This document shows, in pieces, positions 48,714-60,156 of a stretch of DNA of 64,000 nucleotides (position 1 is the stretch's first letter; each line of letters starts with the position of its first letter). Origin of the DNA: Selaginella moellendorffii (lineage: Eukaryota; Plantae; Lycopodiophyta); contig NW_003314292.1 of NCBI RefSeq assembly GCF_000143415.4, forward strand, positions 1,309,498 through 1,373,497. Direction: 5' to 3'. The notes under the pieces are model-generated. The model searched no databases, was not told the origin of the DNA, and saw only the letters and a program-made list of their open reading frames with translations. Position numbers and translations under genes: made by a program.

Positions 48714-49510
48714 TCAGAACCATGAAAGGAGAGCAAGAAGCCCTCCAAAGCAAGCGGCGCCACTCGTAGCAATCTGCAATAAAAAATGTATTAGCTTAAT
48801 GAAGAGAAATGCAAAGAAAACTTTACCATCATCGCGTAGTTCCCAGCCAGGAAAGAGAAGATTGCCCAGAACAGATTGCACACACAGGCCGCTAGAGCCA
48901 CGAGGATGCTCGCAGGAGGCGCATCTGGATGAGGAAACTATGCAAAAGGAAAAATTAGAAAACTCTAAGAGCGCAAACGAATTCTGGAAGTACATACCAA
49001 GCGGATGAGGCAAGGTAATCCAGTGGCAGCAAGTGTGGTGGCAATGCCAATGCAGTCCAGAGTGAGAAGCAGTCGCAGACCCTTACGCCTGCTGGCCAGT
49101 GAAGTGCCTTCATCACTTCGTGCCGAAGCAGTGAACGCTTTTGGGTTTGGCATGGCTTGTCTACACGTACACAGTGTAGACAAGCTCCATGCCAAACCCA
49201 AAAGCGTTGACTGCTTCGACAAGGAACTTCTCATCGGCTCGCCCGTGTACCATCCATGTCAAGCAGTTTATGGCTGCTTATAAAACACAAAACAAAAAAT
49301 CAAAGTCAATGTGTATACTGACGAAGGAAGCATCACCTGCGAGTCCGTAGAGCAGTGCATTGTTCACAGTAGGAGCCAGGGAGTCATGGGACAGAGAGCA
49401 GGGCCACGATTGGCTCACCAGACGACGCGACAGTAATGGCCGGCGGGGGGAGCAGCTGCATTGTCTCCACTGTCTCGCCTGCGTCGCCTCCTCCTCCACC
49501 ATCGCTCGCC
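48714..49510 (-). pseudogene. Divergent SWEET/MtN3-like gene, disrupted
   Basis: Exon remnants TVNNALLYGL / FLVEAVNAFGFGMELVYTVYV* / LDCIGIATTLAATGLPCLIRL / SILVALAACVCNLFWAIFSFLAGNYAMM / IATSGAACFGGLLALLSWF follow the MtN3 helix order. Confidence 0.55.
49124..49218. ncRNA. Near-perfect 95-nt hairpin (candidate young MIRNA/hairpin RNA)
   Basis: Arms 49124-49166 and 49174-49218 pair with one mismatch and one 2-nt bulge; 7-nt loop. The structure is certain; RNA function is inferred. Confidence 0.5.
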
Positions 49511-49956
49511 ATCGATCCACGCACACTGCGAGAACCCTAAAACCAAGAAAGTGGGGTTTACTCTTTTTGTTTGGATCGGCACTCAGGAGTTTTACCTGTA
49601 TAGCAGGTTGCGTTAGCGGCCCCACAGGGAAGTCGACGCAGGTCAAGCTCGATAGTCATCGTTGCCTGGCATGTAGCTCTTTCCTCTTTCTTTTGTTTTC
49701 CATGTTCATGATTCTCGAGAGGAAGCGTGATTCCGTTTTTTTTCCCGATGTTCATAGTTTCGATTACAGTCCCAAGAGAACTGAATTTTTGGAGGACCAG
49801 TTTTGTGGCGGCTCTAACGGCGGCCCTGACTTTTGGACCGCGGCAAGCCAGTGGCAAGCCAAGGAGCTGTTGGATCACCTGGAGAGTGTCCTCACCAGAT
49901 GAGCGAGGTAAAAAGCAGTAGTTCTGTTGAGTCAGTAACTAGCTGTTTATGATTCG

Positions 49957-50180
49957 GCATGGCTGCCATCGTTGCTCCACCGGCTGGATGGCAAGTTCAA
50001 GCTGTTGCACTTGTGGGATCAAGCGCTGCTATTGTCTATGCGATGCGGTTTCATTTCTACATCACTGGAAATCCTAGGTGGTTGCGATGGTTTAAGAGGA
50101 ATTATAGGACAAGAGATGGCCATTGAAGCTTTGAGGGAGGCCACAGGGAAGACTAGCAGAAAATTTGAAGAGCCTCAGCA
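49957..50180 (+). pseudogene. Collapsed fragment of the half-MFS family (copy 4)
   Basis: GCACTTGTGGGATCAAGCGCTGCTATTGTCTATGCGATGC and GGCCATTGAAGCTTTGAGGGAG match 42010-42300 (reverse strand). Confidence 0.85.
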
Positions 50181-50689
50181 AAATTGAGGACAGTTCGCTC
50201 AAACCCCTCTCTGCCGGGCTGCATTGCTCGCGGTAGCATCCACGATGTCCACGTCACTGTTGATATCCACCTCCATGTCGCCGACAACATCCTCTAGCAT
50301 GCGGTCGAAGCTTGCGATACTAGACTTCTCACGAAAGATCCTAGAGAGTCAAAAGCTTCTTTAGCTTAGAGATTTCCCTGGAGGAAGAATCGACTATGAA
50401 CTTACAGCTCTTAGATATTGGCGCCGTGCCTGAAATGCAGGAAGATCTCTACTCTAAAGAAGAGGTCGAGGAATATCTTAGCCCACGCCGTCGCCTCACA
50501 CATCTCGATTGTGTGCAACCCCTGAATCTACAGCTGATCCATGGATGATCCTCAGCTTCAGGCCGAAAGATAGTGCAAGCATTGGCGATTGAAGCATGCT
50601 CTGTTGAGACAGCTGGAGAGAAACGTGCCTGTTTTTCAATACAATGGATTGGAATTCCCTCTCTCCATCTCGCAGCTCAGTCCGGCAAA

Positions 50690-51150
50690 GTTTAGGGTGC
50701 GTTTAAGACTCCCAGCCGGATCAGTCTTGCCGCAGCAAAGAAGTTAACAAGCGCCATGACATGGCTGCCCGCAACAGGAGAATCTGTCATACTATCGGCA
50801 TGTCCGTACCTGGGTTCCACATTCTTGTTTGATGAGCTCAGATCGCCCACAATTGAGTGTGGAATAGGAAACTGGGAAAGCCAGCCACGACCTTGTGTAC
50901 GCTTCCACCGCGGCTCACTCCCAAATTGTGGGATTTGATGGTTGCCTCCTCCCGAGAATAGTTGTGGTAAAAATTCAGAAAACAAAAGATGTAGAAAATC
51001 TAGTGCTGAAAGAATAGCTCACCTGTATGGAAGCTTGCGCTAGCAGGATTTGGCCATGGATTCGGCGAGCGTCAGACCCCTGTGGCTGGATGCCCCTTCA
51101 TCACTACCAGGAAAGGCTTCATCGCCACTCCACTGGCCTCTGGTCGACAA
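50690..51150 (-). pseudogene. P-loop kinase-like (AAA_33) remnant
   Basis: FLVVMKGHPATG, frameshift, TLAESMAKSC; downstream DSP motif. Confidence 0.4.
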
Positions 51151-54100
51151 TGACGATGCCGGCGAGCGATTGGTGATGGTCGCCTGGCCAGGGCCGCGAT
51201 GGATCGGCTCTTCCACCATTGCCGATCCATCGCGCGGCACAGTGGCAGACGAGGCTGGAGCAGCGACCCCGATCGCCAACTCGGAGTAGCCGGGGCCGCT
51301 GCGCGAATCTCCTCCAGCGACGGCCTAAACATCCCGCCAGGCAGCCATGAGTGCCCTTACCGTTGACCGTCAGCCCGTCAAAGCGTGGTCCTCACTTCAA
51401 CGTCTCAATCTTGTTTATTTTTTTTAATGCCTGTGTTTAGAAATACAATAGCCCCATGAGAATGAGCCTTCGGGAAAGCGGACGATCCTCGGGAGACAAA
51501 AGCAGACGACGCGTGCATGGGCAAGGCTGGACAAAGCGGATACGTAATGGGAGTAGCATCACAACCACGATTGCTCAAGTGCACCGGAAAGGCAATTCAA
51601 ACAGGTGCCTTACTTTCTGGATTTTGGCTACGATAGCAAGCAAATGGAAGGAGAACTTAACGAGATAGATTGTATGATCTACATGAGATCATACTTGCTT
51701 GCCTGCAGGAGTTTTAGGTCTTCTTCTTCTAGATGGTGGTCTTTCGCCTACCTTGAATTCACTTCCATCATCTGGATCATGCTTTGCAAACAACTTTGGG
51801 TTTGCTTCCATGCTGCATGGCTAGAAAAGGCTCAATGCAGTCTCACCCCTGGACATAAAATGCTAGCGCTTGAGCTGCCGCCAAAATGTGAGGACCTTCC
51901 TCACGGCTCTCAAGGCCTCGCCATCACCAACTCTCTTCCGGCTAACCACCTTGCGCGAAGAGCAGTGTCAGAAAAGGTTTGTCAAAAATCATCTATTGAA
52001 ATAACAAAATCCTTGATGGGCTAAAATTTCTTATCACTATCAACACTTGCTAACTGCATATGCTTATCTTATCTCAATCACATGTAAATGAATAGAATTA
52101 TTTATTGATTCTTCTATTAGAACAAGCTCAAAATGTTCATTTGTTTTTGTTGAAAAAAACATAATGATATAATCAAGTTTTTTTATGTCCAAGATTTGAA
52201 AAGATGCTTCTATGTTTCACCAAAAATTAGATATTTTGTTTACGGTAATGGGAGAAGAGTAATGGATGCAAAAAATAGAATCAATTTTAGAACTAAGTTA
52301 ATCTCATTAAAAGAAGGTAAGAAACACTATATATGACTTTTTCTATAGAAAATATAAAGGTCTTATTCAATTAATTTTTAAATGTGTTATTTGGATGTTC
52401 TTAATTGTCCCCATATAAGTATATTTATGAATTCAAAGATAAAGATGAAATTTCAAATACAATCTAAAAATACAAGAAGAAGAATTATCAATTTTAAAAA
52501 ATACATCCAAAGAAAACTATATCACCAAGTAACATATAAATAATTAAAAATTATCACAAAACATAAGGGCTATTTTTCCAGCACTAGCAGTTGTAATAAC
52601 AAAAAACTTTCTGAAAGAGTTCAATGATTATTTGCTCACCAAATGAGAGGTGCAAAAAATAATAAAGGATTAAGAATTAATTTTACTGCTTTACATTATG
52701 GATGTGGTGTCTTTGTTGCCAAAAAAATAATTTTATAGCTAACAAATTGTTGAAAAGACTAATTAAGCTTCATAAAAAGCTTAATGAAGAGAAAATAGAA
52801 TTGATATAACTCAAAAGGGTGGTATTATAGATGTAGAATTCTTTCCAAAATGTCATTTACTATATTGTAATTACTTTAATAAAAGACAATGAAAAAATCA
52901 TTATGTATCAAACACTCAATAAAACTTTAATAAAATCTATAGTTTACTCACAAAATTTTTTAAAATATAATGGTACCAAACTTTGTTCTATAGTGATAGA
53001 ACACTATATAGTGAATCAATTGAGATAAAACACAAAATAACAATTACTATTTCTATTACTCGGGGCATTAATATCCATTGAATGTATAGTATAAACACAT
53101 ATTGATGGTTATATTTTTATCTTTAGTAATTATATGTATTGTCTCAAATTCTGTTCTACGACTAAATAATAGGCTTCCTAATTAAATGTGACCACATACT
53201 TCTTCCTAAAAGAAAAAAATGCTAAGATTGTAACATACAAATAGATAAATATAACATGTAACTAAGAGTATACAAAAATATCATTCACAATATTGTTGTT
53301 TTTTGGATTGCAATGTTTGAATCATACATCCAAACTGATAAGTGCCAAAATGTTTTATAACTCTTTTGCACACTTGAGCACCAATATTGTCTTTTTTGTC
53401 ACATTAAAATGTTTGAATTTGAAAGAGGTATTGAATATGGCAAGAAATTAAAAGTAACAACTACAAACAATGTAAGCTATTTTATTCTTTTGCTTTCTTT
53501 GTTTCCTAAAAAGTAAAGTTCTAAAAAGCCTATGCAAAAAAAAGAATTTAGAGAAAAATAGTGGAAAAAAGGGTGAAGAACACTTAAATTAATAAAAAAA
53601 TATTAAATTCATCATTTAGTAAGCATAAAGATATATATATAACCACTATCTAGATAAATAGAGAAATTCAATCTCTTAAACATGTTAAAGTGTAGCAATA
53701 AAGGGTGGAGGCATTGAGTTTCTTTGTTATTTATATATTTTGTTGCAATTCTTGCTATGATGATTGCTTGCAAAAGGGAAATCTATCGACACTTTCTTTA
53801 ATTTTATTTTTTTGCTACTCTATTTGATTATTTTCTTTGCCTCTTTAACTTTAATTTTTTTTCTTGCATGCATTGAAGTTACTTTTTAATTGTATTGGTT
53901 TTATTTAACAATTAAAAAAAACTATGGAAAAAAGAAAATAAAATAAGTCATAACATTAGAAGTATTATTAGTGCCCCAAATAATCCTACAAGGATAATAA
54001 TCAAATTTTTTAGATGAACTCCATTGAAAAATATGGGCCTTCAGAGGTATATGTGTTTTTATTTTATTAATTTATTCAATTGTAATCACTTTCATTATTC

Positions 54101-54409
54101 TTTTCAAGGATAAATCTAGTTCTATGTTAAGTGATATTTATATAATTTTATACTTAATTTTATAATTTAACAACTTTTTTTCATTTAAGGAAGGGATATT
54201 TACATACACTAAACACTTGAAAACCTCGCAAACACTTCCCACAAGGAAAAGAGAAGCCAATTTAAAAACTAATAAGTAGCACACAGTGATGAAAATGCCA
54301 ATTTAATCAAGAGGTTAAAGGCTTCCTAAACATTCCATCTCGTCAAACCAAAAAACACAATAAATTAGTAAAACATAATAAGTAGTAGTGACAAATGTTA
54401 ATTATAAAG

Positions 54410-54930
54410 TTATATTTATAAACTTAACAATATAGAAATTTTTCAACTAAAAATCAAACACATTTAAAATTTCAATAACAAAGTGCTCAGCAATTCAACT
54501 ATATACAACCCACATTACATAATTGATGATTAATCATTAAATAAAATAATATAAAATAATTTAGCATAAAAAGAAATATTAGTAAGTCCATAAATGATAT
54601 TGTTATACACAACTAAAATAAATAGCATTTACAAAATATTTTTTTTGTTTTATGGTTGTTTACAACAAAGAAACAAACTACTATAAAACAAAAAAATATT
54701 TTAAAATATTTTTTATTATAAATGTAAACAATACTATCATTTATAAACTTATTTGTATTTTCTTTTCTTTTTCCTATTAAATTACTTTATATAACTTAAC
54801 TTCACGTTGTTTAATGATTAACTATTAATTATGTAATGTGTAATTGGGTAGTTAGGCATTTGTCATCAAAATTCTAAGTGTGTTTGATTTCTACTTAAAA
54901 ATTATCTATACTGTAAAAGCTATAAATGCA
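54410..54930. mobile_element. AT-rich ~520-bp foldback (long imperfect palindrome), MITE/foldback-like; partial tandem copy at 55095-55580
   Basis: AAATCAAACACA...CACATTACATAATT...TTAATCATTAAA on the left pairs with TTTAATGATTAA...AATTATGTAATGTG...TGTGTTTGATTT on the right; centre ~54665. Confidence 0.7.
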
Positions 54931-56438
54931 ACAAAGAAACAAAAAACTGCAAAATAAATTAATACATATAAGCAATATACAAACTTTAAAAATCCTAAAC
55001 ACATAATCATGCTTTTACCATTGCTATAATTGTTCTAGTGGTTCAAAATAGACAAACAAAAGAACCAAATGATAAAGTGCTTGAAAGCTCACCCACATAA
55101 TGATTAATCATTAAATAGAATAATATAAAATAATTTAATATGAAAAAAAATATTAGTAAGTTCACAAATGACATTGTTGTCCACAACTAGAATAAATAAT
55201 ATTTACAAGACATCTTTTTGGTTTTATAGTTGTTTATAACAAAAAGACAAATTGCTACAAAACATAAAAATGTTTGGAAATATCTTTTGCTACAAATGTG
55301 AATAACACTATCACTTATAAACTTACTTATATTTTCTTTCTTTTTCTTATTAAATTATTTTATATAACTCTTTGTTTGATAATTAACTATCAACTATATA
55401 ATATATGTTAAACATTTTGTCATCAAGATCTTAAATGAGCTTGAATTCTACTTAAAATTTATCTATACTATAAAAGTTTTAAATGTAACAAAAAAACAAG
55501 AAAACCATAAGATAAACTTACGTATACAAGCAATATACAAACTTTAAAAATCCCAAACACATAATCGTGGTCTCACCATTGCCAGAGGAACCAAACAAAC
55601 GGGATAGACAAACAGACATATGCATTGGACAAACAAGAGTAGCCTCTAACAGTGGCTGTGTCTCTATCCTAGTAGTGGCACTAGATACCCACCTGCATTT
55701 CTTGAAGGTATCATGATCACTCCCTCCTAGGCACTTACCATTGCAATCCTGTGGAATGACCCTAAGAAAGAGTTAGGGTTTAGTTGTTTTAGGAAAAGAA
55801 AAGAAAATAGGTGAATAGAGATAAGTTGCCAATCACAAAGTTATTAAGTAAACTCTAAGGAGAAGAAGAGCAAAAGAAAGAACAAAGAGTTGTGTTTCAC
55901 CTGGTCAAAACTGACGCCAATGCTAGATGACTTGTGGTGCACTTGTGCTTGCTCGCGAGAGCAGCAACACACTCATTCTTCTCAAAGTTCTTGCCTCACA
56001 GCTGCCGAATCTTAAACAGCTAGTTCTTGACTGAACACAACTACTGCTTCTTACCAACTGACACTCTCCAGGTGATCCAACAGCTCCTTGGCTTGCCCAA
56101 CAGTGCCACACATGAGCGCTCATGGCTTGCTGCGGTACCACCTAGTGCCACACACGAGCGCTCTTCTTGGCCTCGATAGTAGGTGTTCTCAGACTTGGCC
56201 TTGGCTGATGGAAATTTGGCCCTCGGTAATCTGGAATTGCACCTGGTTTTTTCCTGTAGTTTAGTGTTGAATAGCCACCAAAACTGAAACAAACCAGCCG
56301 AAACAAACTGTCAGGTGGATCCAAGAAGCGATTTTGTAACTCACCTGATTTTTTCATCTCTCACGATGCACGCGATCTCTTCGGATGTGATCCTTTGTGC
56401 TCACTTGCTAAAAGCCTAAAACCATCCATAAACCATGA

Positions 56439-56803
56439 TCATCCTTCTTCTCATCCCTTGGAGATTAGGCCCTTTTCTCTTTTGTTTTCTTATTAGCAAT
56501 AGATTTTCAGCAAAGAGGAGTATCCACACCTCTTCATTTGGCAACCACGGTAGGATTCGAGCCATAGATTGAATCATGCACAGCATATACCATTTGTTAG
56601 CATATAGTGGCAGTTAGAACTGCCAGCATTTCAAGATGGGGATCCGAGTTGTGAATCCCTATCTCCATTCATCATTTTTTTTATCAATACACAGCATTCT
56701 TTCATTCATCCTTCTTCTTAGCCCTTGGAGATTAGGCCTTTTTCTCTTTTGTTTTCTTACTAGCAACAGATTTTCAGCAAAGAGGAGTATCTACACCTCT
56801 TCA
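56439..56803. repeat. ~97-bp direct repeat (56439-56537 and ~56706-56803)
   Basis: TCATCCTTCTTCT...CCCTTGGAGATTAGGCC...AGATTTTCAGCAAAGAGGAGTATC.ACACCTCTTCA occurs twice. Confidence 0.9.
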
Positions 56804-57776
56804 ACTACATATCCAGCATCACCACCGCTTTCCTGAGGGTCGACTTTGCATTTGATTTGACACATGCCTCTGGCGAGGAGGTAAAGGGAGCCTTGTCTCA
56901 ATCCATATTGCCTCGATCGCCAAGGGATCTCCTTGTGATTGCAGCCTACCATGAAAGGACTCAATGCAATTCCAGGATTTAAATTTAATCCAGCATTTTC
57001 CAGCAGGAGGAGAAAAGAGCCGAGTGGCTCTGGACATTGCATACAATAGGTTCTACGTTACCTTTGACCAACTTATGCTTTCATTTTGCAGTTGTGGATG
57101 TGTTCACCCCAGTTCTTAGCAGTCTACGCGTGGGGTGATCCTGCAACCCTCAACTCAATCGTCTGATCAACAGGTGCCTTACTTTTCATTTTCGACACAT
57201 AATCTTCATCTTCTTCCTCCTCCTCATCGTCCGCCACCTCTTCTTCCTGCTTGTCATCGCATTCCCCCACTGCTTCATTCGGTTTGAGGGGCTAACTCAA
57301 ACCCCTCTTCCCCAGGGCTGCATTGCTCATGGTAGCATCCACGATGTCGTGCTGCTCCTCCACAGCATGCGATTCTCGAAAAGATCTTAGAAAGTCAGAA
57401 GCTTCTTTAGCTTCCCTGAAGGAAGAATCGACTTACAGCTCTTAGAGGAAGATCTCTACTCTAAAGAAGAGGTTGAGGCGTAGCCCGTTTGATCCCTTAG
57501 ATTGCCGTTCGATTTTAAAGAGAAGAATAAATAAATATTCTTTTATCAGTTACATTCGTTAAAAAAATTACAGCACTTTAAAAATAAATGGATAGTCGTC
57601 GAATCTCTAGGTATATCCTAGGTAATATAAACCATGTTTAAACTTAGTAAAATGCTTTCATTGACTGTGGCTCGTGAACTCAAAAGTGGTCCATCCACAG
57701 CTTACAAGGGAAATGCTGGTAGGCAACACGTGCGAGCTCACAAACAACTGGAGGAAAGCAAAAAACAAAGCAGCGC

Positions 57777-58335
57777 TCACTGGGTTTTGGGGAATTGGGA
57801 TTTGTATGCATCCAAGTTGTCCATGAACATGCCATAATGCTTGTTCAGGTTGTGGAACTTGGCGCGCGCCTCCTCCGGGGACACCTCCGCCACCGACGCC
57901 GCCACCTCAAATGCGACACTGGGCGTGCTTGCTTGCGTCGCTGGAGCTCCTTGATCGCCGGACGAACCTCCTCCTCCGCCAAACAACGAACCTCCCCTTC
58001 CGCCAACCAAGACGACAGACCTCCTTCGCCAAAGAAGCCCCCGGACGACTGACCGAAAGCCTGCCCGACTTGAGCTCCTCCACTCCCGGACGAAGGGGTG
58101 CCCGAGAGTAGGCGGTGGTAAGGGCGATGGTGAAGGCCCAAATCTTGCAGGAAAGGCCGGTTTCTTGCTCTTGAGATCCGGATTGGAGCCGCTGTTCATT
58201 TTCAGCACCAGCGCCAGTAGCTCCCCAACATCCACCTCCATCTCCCGGTCCATCATCAGCCCCTTGATCTCGCCCAGGAGCCTGTGATCCTCCACGCCCA
58301 AGTGGAGCTTCACCATCCTCTTGAGCATCTGGAAC
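57777..58335 (-). pseudogene. C-terminal fragment of the AAA-FG-tail gene
   Basis: FQMLKRMVKLHLGVEDHRLLGEIKGLMMDR...VSPEEARAKFHNLNKHYGMFMDNLDA, near-identical to 38479-39300; N-terminus replaced by a PPR remnant. Confidence 0.85.
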
Positions 58336-58339
58336 AGCA

Positions 58340-59113
58340 GGAGAGAAAGGGGCATTCAAGTGACGACTCTTTTGATGGGATACGCCAAGAAGGACGAGCC
58401 CTGGAGCTGGCTCTGGAGCTCTACTGGAGGATGGAGCCCGAGAGCCGGGCCGCCAACACGCGGATCTTCGTTGCTGGCCTCACAGCATCCAGCGGGCTGG
58501 CAGCAATTGAGATTGGTCGGAAGATCCATGCGGAGGCGTGCCAGAATGGAGGCGAGAAGGACCAGTTCGTGGCGAACAGCCTGCTCGACTACTGCAAGTG
58601 TGGGAGCTTGGCCGCGGCGGAGCACGTATTTGACTCGATGAGCTCGAGCAACGTTGTAACTTGGAGCACGGTCATCGCTGGCTATAGCCGGGAGGGCGAG
58701 ACGGAGCTGGTGTTTGAGCTCTTCCAGGCCATGATCGATGGAGGGATCGTTCTCAACGGGATCACTTGCCTCTCGGTTCCCTCAGCCTCGCTGGCCTGGT
58801 CGATTGAGGCACCAAGTTCTTGTCCTCGAAGTTTGGAGTGGCTCCAAGCTTGGAGCACTACCACTGCCTGACCGATCTGCTGGGCCGGGCCAACCGAGTA
58901 GAGGAGGCCCTGGAGCTGGCGAGCAGAATGCCTACGAGAGCAAGCTCTTTGACGTGGAAGACTGTTCTTGGTGGATGCTGGAAGTGGAAGAACGTCAAGG
59001 TTGCCGAGGTTGCATTTGAGAAGCTCTTGGAATTCGATGACAAGCAGGCGAGTGAGTGTATCTTGATGGCAAACATCTATCGGAGTGTAAGGAATGGAGA
59101 AGAAAGAGCTTAG
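58340..59113 (+). pseudogene. PLS-E PPR pseudogene
   Basis: GRKIHAEA...FVANSLLD-YCKCGSL..AEHVFDSM...NVVTWSTVIAGY; frameshift; PSLEHYHCLTDLLGRA...ILMANIY. Confidence 0.85.
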
Positions 59114-59369
59114 AGTAGTGAGAATGGGAGAGAACGAGTATAATGGTTTTGACTTCTCTTAAATCACACATTATTTCCTCTAGTATTCTTTGCAAGTCTG
59201 CAAACTCCAAAGCTCGAATAGCCTTGTTCTGTCTTTATAAAATAAGCCTTCGCCATTTTGAACGAACCATAAATTTATTGGTTCAAGACATTTGAATCTG
59301 AGTTTCCTACATAAAAAGACATTTGAATCTGCATCTAGGGAATTCAGAGCGAATTCTCAGAACTAACAA

Positions 59370-60095
59370 CTCTGAGGTTTTCTGAGGCTCTTCAGATTTT
59401 ATGGTAAAGTATTCCCTGTAGCCTCGGCAAACTCCCTCAAAGCTTCAATGGCCTTCTCTTGGCGCACAGCAAGCCGCTCGTCCATATCCATATAGGTAGA
59501 AATAAATCAGCATCAATTGCAGCGATCGATCCCAGAAGTAGAAGGGCTTGTCTATGCCATCCCAGCAGTGGAGCAACGGTGCCCAAAACACAGGCAGCCA
59601 TGTAACTCAAACCCCTCGTCATGTACACCACTATGAACTTGAACAATCCGGGCCCGTCATACCATCTGTCAGGAGCTGGTTGTAACACCGGAGTGAAAAG
59701 TCCACAGCATGATATCGCCAGCAGCGGAAGCATCACCCATTGATTTGTGCTCATTATGGAACACACACCACTGAGAAAACCGCTGGTGCCTCCATATGCA
59801 TTACTTTTCTTTCGACCCAAAAGGGCAACGAAAAATACTGCATGGATGCACTTGTCAGTCTCGAGAGAGAAAGCAGTGAAACACTTACATGCTACGAAGA
59901 CGGGAACCAAAGCAGAAGCTCTGCTTCCTTCGGGGAACTCAGGGGGCCAAAATATGGCACCCATATAGAACGCATATATAGTGAAGCAATGACTAACAAG
60001 ATTCATCAAGAAAACTGGCGCTGTATAATCCAGTGCCCATTGAGGCTCCAACTCTCATAGATATCAGCAAGATCATACTCGGGCTCAACAATCCC
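59370..60095 (-). pseudogene. Half-MFS family copy 3, frameshifted and more divergent
   Basis: EYDLADIYESWSLNGHWIIQRQF (frameshift) LMNLVSHCFTIY...LGRKK...TNQWV...GLFTP; tail matches KAIEALREFAEATG. Confidence 0.85.
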
Positions 60096-60156
60096 TTGAC
60101 TGTAGCTCATCCAACGTCTATTAGAAAAGGAGATCAATGGTGAGGGCTTTGAACAA

